Positions 10,024-18,369 of a stretch of DNA of 23,910 nt are shown piece after piece (within the stretch, counting starts at the first letter, position 1; every line of letters begins with the position of its first letter). Under the pieces are notes generated by a model that saw nothing but the letters and a program-made list of their open reading frames with translations, made no database searches and had not been told where the DNA came from. The stretch is from Promethearchaeota archaeon (GTDB lineage Archaea > Asgardarchaeota > Lokiarchaeia > Sigyniarchaeales > SOKP01): the NCBI GenBank assembly GCA_013375475.1, contig JABXKD010000058.1, positions 1-23,910 of the forward strand. Direction: 5' to 3'. A program made the translations under genes and the position numbers.

Positions 10024-10527
10024 TTAAATTTCTCTAGTTATTTGGGATAAACTTTTTCTCATGGGAGGTTGTGGAATGGCCCCCTTTATATATCCCATAG
10101 GTAAGATAGTCAACAGATAATCAGATTCATCTAATCCTAGCATCTCCTTCACAACATCGCGCTCTAAAGCCCCAATCCAACAAGTACCTATTCCTAGCGA
10201 CCATGCCATTAACATCATGCTCATTGATACAAATGATGTATCTTGAATGTAATAGTAAGGATTTTCTTTAATTTTACCTACAATCGCGATTGCTAGAGGA
10301 GCTCTCTTTATATGCAGTCCATAAAAAGCTTTTTTTGAAATACTTCTTAACAGTTCCTTATCTCTAATAACTAAAAATTCCCAGGGTTGCTTATTAGAAG
10401 CACTTGGAGTCCATCTTCCCGCTTCTAAAATCATTTCAATTTCCTTTTCGGGTATCGGTTTATCGAGATACGACCTGATGCTCCTTCTTTCTTTTAAAAA
10501 CACCAAAAATTCTTCTGGGTTAATCAT
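10024..10527 (-). CDS. Nitroreductase family protein
   Basis: RRSIRSY, PSASNKQPWEF and AWSLGIGTCWIG. ATG at 10527 (MINPEE) preferred over the track's TTG at 10542. Confidence 0.93.
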   Translation of the reverse strand: MINPEEFLVFLKERRSIRSYLDKPIPEKEIEMILEAGRWTPSASNKQPWEFLVIRDKELLRSISKKAFYGLHIKRAPLAIAIVGKIKENPYYYIQDTSFVSMSMMLMAWSLGIGTCWIGALERDVVKEMLGLDESDYLLTILPMGYIKGAIPQPPMRKSLSQITREI

Positions 10528-10648
10528 AAAATAAATCAACAAGGATTATTATTTCTAATTAAAATTACAAAATCTAGATCTCTTTTAAACATAATTATAA
10601 TGAGTTATTAATCCTAAAAAGGAGTGGCTTAAGAAAGCTGTGCAATAA

Positions 10649-11902
10649 TTAATCTTTATTGTGATTAAAATAATCAGACTCAAGATTAGGGAAGATTTTT
10701 TTCTTTCTCCCATCACTCTTGAAATTGATTAGATTGAGATCCTTTAACTTATTGACATGATATTGAATAGTTTTGTGATCTACCTTAAAATGTTTTGTTA
10801 TTATGCTATTCCATAAACCTGGTTCTTTTTCTATCATTTCTAAAATCTCTAGCGTCAATTTGCTTTTACTTAACTGAAGATCAAGATTTGAAATTGGGTT
10901 TTTTTGGTAATACGGAAAGTAAGCGATAAAATTTCCAATTCGCTTTTTCCCTACAACTTTGTACGTTTCTAAAATATCAAGGTGCCAAACGAGATTACCC
11001 GCAGCTATTTCAGTTTTTCTTAACAACTCATTAAAATGAATTCCAGGTTCTTTGAGAATTAAGTCAATAATTTTGTTCCTGTTCTCGTTTTCTAAGACGT
11101 CCTCTAAGCTTAATCGATGCGCACCTTTTTCAATTGGAATAGTTCGAGTTTTTAAATATTGGAAATAATCCTTTTTTGAAATTAAAATAGCAAGTGAAGC
11201 AATTCCTACCACACCTACAATTAAAACAATTACTAAAATCCAATCGTCAAAAACTTTAGTAACTTCATAAAAAGTAACATAATATTCGGTGTCTACTTGT
11301 AGATTTGAGACGGAAGCTATTAAAGAAATTTCAGAACTTGATTCATTTAACTCCTCGATCGTATCAATAAGCACCCATGAATCTTGCGAAGGTTCATACA
11401 ACGCTAAGGAATAATCCAGATTAGGATTTAGCCCGTATAAAGATTTTTTAATGCTACTTACAGTTAAATGTTCTATAGTTGTGTTAGTTTTAAATCGAAG
11501 AATACAATTATACTTATATTGAAATTGATTATCTCCTCTTCTCGGTCCTTGAGGAGGTCTTGATATTCCAAAATTCTGCATTAAGGCTTTAGAAGTTATA
11601 TTGAGAGATATAGGGTTACTATTGTTAATTTGAAAAAAGATTTGACGGTTTTCAATATTGGATTCATATTCAATGTTAAGATCGATAAAAGAATCAGTGG
11701 AGATATCGAAAATTATGCTGTTATTAAACATGTATTTCACAGAGTCGTTAGGATTGACCTTATCATGAGTAGAAAATCCCGGAATATTTTCAGTTCTATA
11801 TGATAAAACTTGAGAAATTAGAATATTGAAATTAATGAATACTAATAATAGAATAAATATGCTGAATAATTTCGATCTGTTCTTTATTTTCAATTTAATC
11901 AT
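10649..11902 (-). CDS. Membrane-anchored transcriptional regulator: signal peptide/anchor, ~180-aa ectodomain, TM helix, cytoplasmic tandem winged-HTH (ArsR-like, HVO_0163-like)
   Basis: Basic-hydrophobic N-terminus; six N-x-S/T sequons in the ectodomain; TM WILVIVLIVGVVGIASLAILIS followed by KK; wHTH1 (NRNKIIDLILKEPGIHFNELLR...GNLVWHLDILE) and wHTH2 (EILEMIEKEPG...KTIQYHVNKLKDLNLI). Confidence 0.85.
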   Translation of the reverse strand: MIKLKIKNRSKLFSIFILLLVFINFNILISQVLSYRTENIPGFSTHDKVNPNDSVKYMFNNSIIFDISTDSFIDLNIEYESNIENRQIFFQINNSNPISLNITSKALMQNFGISRPPQGPRRGDNQFQYKYNCILRFKTNTTIEHLTVSSIKKSLYGLNPNLDYSLALYEPSQDSWVLIDTIEELNESSSEISLIASVSNLQVDTEYYVTFYEVTKVFDDWILVIVLIVGVVGIASLAILISKKDYFQYLKTRTIPIEKGAHRLSLEDVLENENRNKIIDLILKEPGIHFNELLRKTEIAAGNLVWHLDILETYKVVGKKRIGNFIAYFPYYQKNPISNLDLQLSKSKLTLEILEMIEKEPGLWNSIITKHFKVDHKTIQYHVNKLKDLNLINFKSDGRKKKIFPNLESDYFNHNKD

Positions 11903-11974
11903 ATATAATTTTTGATCGTTAGAATATATTTTTTAAAAATTAAAAAAAAATTATTATTTATATTAATTTATTAC

Positions 11975-12661
11975 CTACTTTCTCTTTTTTATGTAGAACA
12001 CTGAAGCGATTATTATTAGAGCAGCAACTCCGCCACCGATGGTGAATCCTAAGATTAACATAGTGTAATCAGGTAAGAGTATTGTCCATGTTGAAAAATG
12101 CGATACTTCAGCAGTTAGATAACCATCATCCACAGTTGTTGGTACGCAAACCCATTCTTCGGTTGCTTCGTTGTAATACGCAAATTGTCCAAATTGATTT
12201 TCATTTGTTGCTCTTATTCTTAATCTTGCCCGTGTAAAAGTTCCATCACATTCTATATCAATAACAAATCCTTCCTTATATTGGTATCGGTTGCGATTTC
12301 GTGTTTGATACATATTCCCCTTTACTAGCCCTAGTTGCGCCTGTTCTTCAGTACAAGTCATAGTCATTTGAAGATCGCCTGTACCTTCAATTTCAAGAGC
12401 AAAATCTTTAACCCCGATTCTTAAAGCTTCACATTCAAGGTCTAAATCTAAATTAACATTAGCTTCTACCCTTAATCGAGTTCTATTCCTAAATCGAAAC
12501 TGAGTTGCAATATTAGCTTCCACATGTGCTGATTTTGAGTCTGTAGGGACGTCAATGACTACATCGGGATCAGCAATCGCTACAACATTAAACGATGTGA
12601 CCGTCGAAAATAGGATCATTAGGAAAAAAGTGCCTAAGAGAATTTTACTTAATTTTTTCAT
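11975..12661 (-). CDS. Single-pass cell-surface protein with beta-rich ectodomain ending in a GPS/GAIN-like HFS motif
   Basis: Signal peptide MKKLSKILLGTFFLMILFS...; FAYYNEATEEWVC...LTAEVSHFSTWTILLP; C-terminal TM helix and KKRK tail. Confidence 0.8.
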   Translation of the reverse strand: MKKLSKILLGTFFLMILFSTVTSFNVVAIADPDVVIDVPTDSKSAHVEANIATQFRFRNRTRLRVEANVNLDLDLECEALRIGVKDFALEIEGTGDLQMTMTCTEEQAQLGLVKGNMYQTRNRNRYQYKEGFVIDIECDGTFTRARLRIRATNENQFGQFAYYNEATEEWVCVPTTVDDGYLTAEVSHFSTWTILLPDYTMLILGFTIGGGVAALIIIASVFYIKKRK

Positions 12662-12974
12662 GGTTTTTTTTCACTAAATTGTTTTAATTAATACAAGAAA
12701 ATGGCGTATAAAAAGGATTGAGGAATAACATTACCCGATTGAAAAAGGAAAAATTATACAATATTTTCTAAAAAACTGTACCCCAATTACATTTTTGGAT
12801 GGAGCAATAAAATCTTAAATTATGAAACATCTTAATCCTTAAGTTTTAATATAATAATTTTGAAGATATAATTATAACTTTAAAATATTACAAAAATATT
12901 AAAAAGAAATTCAGACTAAATTAATTTTAATAAGAAATATAACAAATTTTAATTTTAGAAATGGAGAGAAGCTA

Positions 12975-15230
12975 ATGAGCTTAAAAGAATTTACGAAAGA
13001 AATTTTCACGAGATATGGTTTCACGGAAGACCAAATTAATGTTTACATCGTTTACCTTAGAGTTCCAAGAGCCACATCGTCTGAAGTTTACCTTTCTTTA
13101 GCAGAAGAACATCCCGAGTTGACATACGAATCCGTTCTTGAAATTACTGATTGGCTAGTCGAAAAAGGCTTTCTCAAAAAAGTAACTGGGATTGTAGATA
13201 GATTCATTCCTTTAGAACCATTCTTTGAATTATATATTGGAGAATCCAAAATCTTTAGAGACGAAATTGCTAAAATCAAGGACTCAATCTTAGCAGATCA
13301 ATCAAATCGCTTTGAAAAATTAGAAGCTATTCAAGATAAAAGCATAAATGAGGTTGTAACTGCTGTTGATGATCAACTTAAGGCATTTTTTAATGATTCG
13401 GATACCAAAAACAATAATAAAAGAGACCGAATTAATAGCTCGAGAAATCGATTCACAGACACTTCAAAGACTTTGGAAGAAAATTTACATTCCATTATGG
13501 ATACGCTAAACTCTAATGTCAAAAATATTAGCGATACTAGAGTAAAAGAAAATGAATCCATGGTGAATAAAACTAAAGATGGAATTACCGGTTTAATATC
13601 AAATTTATTAGTAGATTTTACTCAAAGAGTAGAAGCACTTGAAAGGGAATTGAAAAGTGATTTGGATGATCACGTTGATAGGCATCAAACTATCGCTAAT
13701 GACCTGAAACCAAGAATGGAACAGATTCTCGAAAAATATCTCGAACGGATGGATAAAATAGTTGTTGATTTGAAAGAGAGAATCTCAAATCTATTGAAAG
13801 AACATTTAAGCCATCTTAAAAACACAACCGACACGCTTCAAACTAATTTGAAAGCTACTGTTGACGAAAGACACAGAGTATTAACGGATCAAACTAACGA
13901 TTTTAAAAGCATGACATTAACACTGATTGACAATCTATTAGAGCACGCAAATAGATTTACGGATTTTACTGGAGAAATGGCTAAAAAAGGCTTTTTCTGG
14001 ATGGGAAAGAAGAAAAAATACAAAGCAAGACATGAAACAACAATTCAAAATATATTAACATATACTGAACCAATGAAGGAGGATTTTACGACCACTAGCG
14101 AAGATTATATAAAGAACACAAGGGAAACAACAGATAGTTTAAAGACAGATGTTACCGATATAATGACAATTGAGAACGATAATGTTGTTACGGAAACCAC
14201 AGACCTTGATCATAAAGCTCAAGAAACAATCAACGTTCAATTAGAAACGCTGGCTACTGATATGGCTGGTGAAGTTGACACTACTTTACAAAGTGGTGTA
14301 AAAGATTGTTCTGATACAAGGATTAAATTGAAAGACTCTTTAGAAAATTCGCTTAAAACACATCACAGACAATACGACGAAGCCATTAATAAACATAAAG
14401 AGGAATCGTTAAGACATTATAATGAGTATGACTCTGATGTCAAGAGAATCAAAGAGGATTGGATTAGGGATCTCGATGACAAATTTATAGGCGGAAAAAG
14501 AGACACTTCAGATAAGATTACTGCTGAGATCAACTTATGGGGCGATGAATCAGCAGATATGGACAGGAATTTAAGTGAAATGTTAATAGATCATAAATCC
14601 AAATATGAAGAAACTGCGAAAACCTTACAAAATAGTCTTTCTACTACCACTCGAGATACTACTCAGAATATTAAAGATGCAATAGCAGATTTCACGCTTC
14701 AATTTATGAATTCTATTGACGACAGTACTGAGATTGCAGAAAAAAATGAAAGTAAACTAGGAGATATACACAAAGCCTCAAGTTCTATTCCAGAAATAAT
14801 GGACATTACTACTTGGCAAGTAATAGGACGAGACGCTTTAATAGCTGCTATAAAGGACGCTATTTATAGGGTTAAATCTTCCATCATTATTGTAATGCCT
14901 TATGTACTACCTGAGATTTTACAAGTTATAAGCGAATACGCCTTTCAGAAGAAAGCAGTGCGCTTTATGCTTACCTCACGCTTCGAAATGGGACAGTATG
15001 GCGATATCATCAGAAAAATGATGGGATTGGGCAACATTCAGTTCAGACAACTTAGTGGCGCAGGAGAATTCTTCGCACTCACTCGGGACGCAGAGGAAGT
15101 AATAATTGGTCCTGCAACCGACAAAGAAGGCGAAATGATAAGCGTTATCTCAAATCAAGCCGCGTTCAGTATTTTATATAGTCAGTTTATTGGGCCTATA
15201 TTCCAGGCTAACAGTCGCCCGATCAAGTAA
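12975..15230 (+). CDS. TrmB-like protein: N-terminal wHTH, ~520-aa coiled coil, C-terminal TrmB effector/PLD-like fold
   Basis: N-terminus YGFTEDQINVYIVYL...TSSEV...LVEKGFL...RFIPLEP (TrmB HTH pattern); C-terminus WQVIGRDAL...AIYRVKSSIIIVMP...TRDAEEVIIG (TrmB C-terminal pattern); amphipathic, nearly Pro-free middle. Confidence 0.75.
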   Translation: MSLKEFTKEIFTRYGFTEDQINVYIVYLRVPRATSSEVYLSLAEEHPELTYESVLEITDWLVEKGFLKKVTGIVDRFIPLEPFFELYIGESKIFRDEIAKIKDSILADQSNRFEKLEAIQDKSINEVVTAVDDQLKAFFNDSDTKNNNKRDRINSSRNRFTDTSKTLEENLHSIMDTLNSNVKNISDTRVKENESMVNKTKDGITGLISNLLVDFTQRVEALERELKSDLDDHVDRHQTIANDLKPRMEQILEKYLERMDKIVVDLKERISNLLKEHLSHLKNTTDTLQTNLKATVDERHRVLTDQTNDFKSMTLTLIDNLLEHANRFTDFTGEMAKKGFFWMGKKKKYKARHETTIQNILTYTEPMKEDFTTTSEDYIKNTRETTDSLKTDVTDIMTIENDNVVTETTDLDHKAQETINVQLETLATDMAGEVDTTLQSGVKDCSDTRIKLKDSLENSLKTHHRQYDEAINKHKEESLRHYNEYDSDVKRIKEDWIRDLDDKFIGGKRDTSDKITAEINLWGDESADMDRNLSEMLIDHKSKYEETAKTLQNSLSTTTRDTTQNIKDAIADFTLQFMNSIDDSTEIAEKNESKLGDIHKASSSIPEIMDITTWQVIGRDALIAAIKDAIYRVKSSIIIVMPYVLPEILQVISEYAFQKKAVRFMLTSRFEMGQYGDIIRKMMGLGNIQFRQLSGAGEFFALTRDAEEVIIGPATDKEGEMISVISNQAAFSILYSQFIGPIFQANSRPIK

Positions 15231-15277
15231 GGGGAGATTAACCAAAAACCAGAACCCGCAGATTAAATACAAGATTT

Positions 15278-15306
15278 ATTTTCTATCTTTCTTTTTTTAC
15301 TATTTT
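15278..15306 (+). terminator. Probable archaeal oligo-T terminator
   Basis: T-rich tract (tttctatctttctttttttactatttt) about 50 nt after the stop of the TrmB-like gene. Confidence 0.4.
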
Positions 15307-15524
15307 GAACGGATTCTAACCATTTCATGGATGTTTAGATTTTCTTCATAATCCTTAGGATTTTAGTAAAATAATAGATATTAGATCGTTAAAAAATTCA
15401 AATCTTCTATGCTATATTTTTAATAGTTTCTGACCATCTTATAGATAATGCAAGAATCATTAAGCTATCTTGAATTTTTAATCGTAGACCCATCTAATAA
15501 TTATTAAATAAATCCGAGATAAAA

Positions 15525-16349
15525 GTGCCATTTCAAGAAAGAAATATTTCTAAAACTACAGTGGATTTTCAAAAAACAAGGATCATTTTCGATGATGGCA
15601 TGAAATCTTCAGCAAACTTTTATCGATCCATTTCAGAGACTATTCTCACCGATAAGGGGAGGCGTTATCCCGAACCCAGACCGACAATCATATTTTTTCA
15701 TGGATTTTGGGCAAAAAAGGAGGAAAATGAGAAATATTTGATTAGTCTCGCTCACATGGGATTTGTTGCTGTAGCATTTGATCAAAGAGGTCACGGAGAG
15801 GCTGAAGGTAAAAAATCGGATTGGTTCAAATTATACAATGATGTTGATAGTGTTCTTGACTTCATATGTACTTTTGATGATGTTAAAAAGGGAGCTCTGT
15901 GTTGTATCGGAAAATCAATGGGTGCTACTTCCGTTCTAACAAAATGTTATGTAGACAAACGGGTTGCGATGGTGATAGGGATAAGTGCACTACATTCTAT
16001 TGAACATCTAATTAAAGCCAAATTTCCTTTTTTATCATCGGGATGGTTTGTCAAACGTCTTATATCTAAAGTAAAGGATGAAAAGGCATTAAAAACGACA
16101 GCTCGTTATTTCCTCAAAAACGATCCAAACTTTAATGAAAATCGCGTGTATCTCATTCATGGAAGAGAAGACAAAATATTTCCATTCTCAATAACTTTTG
16201 AATTCAATAAAAAACAAGCTAAAATACCGGAAAAGCACGCACTACTGTTAGATAGAACAGGGCATAATTTGGGAGATCAAGAACTTTTAGTTTTTGGAAT
16301 AATTATCAAATGGATTTTAGAGAACGAAGCTATGAAATTCTTTCGCTGA
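15525..16349 (+). CDS. Alpha/beta-fold hydrolase
   Basis: FFHGF, FDQRGHG, nucleophile elbow GKSMG, HGREDKIFP (Asp) and TGHN (His); GTG start. Confidence 0.9.
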   Translation: MPFQERNISKTTVDFQKTRIIFDDGMKSSANFYRSISETILTDKGRRYPEPRPTIIFFHGFWAKKEENEKYLISLAHMGFVAVAFDQRGHGEAEGKKSDWFKLYNDVDSVLDFICTFDDVKKGALCCIGKSMGATSVLTKCYVDKRVAMVIGISALHSIEHLIKAKFPFLSSGWFVKRLISKVKDEKALKTTARYFLKNDPNFNENRVYLIHGREDKIFPFSITFEFNKKQAKIPEKHALLLDRTGHNLGDQELLVFGIIIKWILENEAMKFFR

Positions 16350-16580
16350 TAAATTTAGGAAATTATTCTGGATTGGCACAAAAAAAGCTATTCAATTTGG
16401 AAAACAAATCAATGAAATAAAATAAATCTGATTTATCCATTTTTAATTATTTAACCCATAAATTCAATCCAATTTAGCATTTCTTCTCTATTTTAGCCCA
16501 TATTACCGAATGTGATTCATATTGAGAAGATATAAAAGGTGAACGTTTAATAAATTAAAGTTTTTCATATCTAAATAAAT

Positions 16581-16727
16581 TCATTTCCGAAACTTTTTTT
16601 CAAGTTTCTTCTTCTTTAGTTGATTTCTTACAATTTGAACGTAATTACATCTATTGATGTTTTCCTTAAGCGTTTCATCGCAATAATTCCAGCTAGAACA
16701 TCCGTCTTGATATTTGTAGTTTCTCAA
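16581..16727 (-). CDS. Small (48-aa) Cys-containing basic protein, not in the ORF track
   Basis: TTG start at 16727 preceded by SD AGGTGA (16734-16739) and TATA-like TTATATAA (16781-16788); reads MRNYKYQDGCSSWNYCDETLKENINRCNYVQIVRNQLKKKKLEKKFRK*. Confidence 0.6.
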   Translation of the reverse strand: MRNYKYQDGCSSWNYCDETLKENINRCNYVQIVRNQLKKKKLEKKFRK

Positions 16728-17085
16728 TTTACATCACCTTTTTATTATCTTTACTTTTCTCAACTTAATCATAAAAAATATTATATAACAATGTAGTGTT
16801 TAAAGTTAAGAAGAATTTTGATAAAATTGTTTTAATAATATAAAGATGAGATGAATTTGGTTTATAAATTTGAAAGTTTAATTTGAAGGTTTTGAATTTA
16901 ACATTTTGAATAGTTTCTGACAATATTTTTGATAAATCAGATCATCAAGTCCAATTGGAAGAGTATTCTATTTTCTTACTCTTATTTGATCATAAATATG
17001 ATCTGATTCTAATTTTTTTAGAGGAAATATTAAATTTAGTACATAAGAGGTTTACAACAAGAAAAAAGAAAAGTTGAATATTACT

Positions 17086-18369
17086 CTAATCCCATTTAGG
17101 CTTCTTTACGGAATTATCATCGTCTTCCGTGTGAATTCTCTTTAAGTCAATATCAGAGTAACCTGGTATGAGATTAAGGAGTCTTCTCATCGAATTTTCA
17201 ATGTCTTTAGATGATGTAACAAATCTGCCGACTATCAAAATATCTGCTCCCATTTCTAACGCAGAATTGGCGGTAGTTGGATCAATTCCACCAGCAACAG
17301 CAACTAAAACGCGGTCTCGACCGGATGCTAATTTCTGGTCTTTATATAATTCCTTAATCTTAGGAATTGCTGCCCATCTTGCTTTTTGAGCTGCGTTTGA
17401 GGATTCTGAACCAGCAGCTTGTTCCACGTCAATTGCTCGATGTAAAATGACAACATCAGGGATTTGTTTTAATTTGCTCAATTTTGCTACAGGATCATCT
17501 ACTTCCATTGTGTCAACAAAACCATAAATTCCCATACGATTAGTTTCTAACAGGAATTTATCTATTGAGGAAGCCGCCGCTAAACCACTTGCAACTGCAG
17601 CATCTGCAGTAGCGTCAAAGACAAAATCGACTTCTAATTTCCCTACATCCAAAGTTTTTAAATCGGCTACGATGAATTTTTGAGGTGCAAGCTCCCGAAT
17701 TTTTTTGATCGCTTCCATTCCGTACTTTTTAAGAAACGGTGTTCCAATTTCTAAGATAATCCTGTCACTCTTGGGTAATTGTTTTACTACTTTCATATGA
17801 TGTTCGATATTTGGATGATCCAAAGCTACTTGGATATATGGAGGTCTCCAAAGCCTTGGTACTTTCATTCCAGCAACAGGGTGCTTTGCTCGATCTTTAT
17901 CGTAGAAAATTTTGTCAATTGGAGGGTAATTCATTAAAGCTCTTTTAATCGCTAATTTTGCTGCGCTATAATTATATTGATATATTTTCCTATAATCCTT
18001 TGCATCGGGGTGAATAAAAACGCTTACGATGAGTACCCATTCATCCAGTTTATTCATTGGAATTATGTTTTCTTCTACTGCATCGGCTATTGCTTTAGCA
18101 ACGGCAGCCTGAGCAGGACCAAAAATCTTGTTAGCCTCTTCCATTTTTGAGACCGTTACTTTAGGGATAACAAGACTAATTGGTTTAGTAAGAAGATTTG
18201 GTCTGATACATGCGAGTAGCCCCCCATGGCCTATAGATGGTGAACTAAGAGCATTTGCAAACGATATCCCCACGGGACCATCTTTTGAACCAATTATTAA
18301 ATCTATATGAGCCATATTTTCTTCGGCCCCTAGCAGAGCTTCGCCGATAAAGTAGTCACTTTTTGCCAT
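17086..18369 (-). CDS. fae-hps: Bifunctional formaldehyde-activating enzyme / 3-hexulose-6-phosphate synthase
   Basis: Fae half: GEALLG...AHIDLIIG...GPVG, PNL..KP, FGPAQAAVAKA, VFIHP and YNY. HPS (OMPDC-like barrel) half: QVALD, LEIGTP, ADLKTLDVG, LHRAID and VAGGI...IVGR. Confidence 0.93.
   Translation of the reverse strand: MAKSDYFIGEALLGAEENMAHIDLIIGSKDGPVGISFANALSSPSIGHGGLLACIRPNLLTKPISLVIPKVTVSKMEEANKIFGPAQAAVAKAIADAVEENIIPMNKLDEWVLIVSVFIHPDAKDYRKIYQYNYSAAKLAIKRALMNYPPIDKIFYDKDRAKHPVAGMKVPRLWRPPYIQVALDHPNIEHHMKVVKQLPKSDRIILEIGTPFLKKYGMEAIKKIRELAPQKFIVADLKTLDVGKLEVDFVFDATADAAVASGLAAASSIDKFLLETNRMGIYGFVDTMEVDDPVAKLSKLKQIPDVVILHRAIDVEQAAGSESSNAAQKARWAAIPKIKELYKDQKLASGRDRVLVAVAGGIDPTTANSALEMGADILIVGRFVTSSKDIENSMRRLLNLIPGYSDIDLKRIHTEDDDNSVKKPKWD

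Noticed and set aside
11975-11992. C-terminal KKRK as a eukaryote-like KKxx retrieval signal
   Set aside because: Basic stubs after a C-terminal TM helix are ordinary positive-inside anchors in prokaryotes.
12975-15230. SMC/Rad50 ATPase or active phospholipase D
   Set aside because: No Walker A/B or signature motif, and no HKD motif in the C-terminal domain.
15231-15266. In-frame GEINQKPEPAD* after the TrmB-like stop as a read-through extension
   Set aside because: Stop is TAA, and an 11-codon open stretch is expected by chance.
16426-16942. 12-bp inverted repeat (ATCTGATTTATC / GATAAATCAGAT) flanking the small ORF, as a MITE
   Set aside because: It does not extend in either direction, I see no target duplication, and the region is very AT-rich; chance is plausible.
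9943-17003. Short palindromes AATCCA-TT-TGGATT (9943-9956), ATAAATC-T-GATTTAT (16422-16436) and GATCATA-AA-TATGATC (16988-17003) as operators
   Set aside because: Single, mutually unrelated 6-7-bp arms in AT-rich DNA; not supportable without conservation data.
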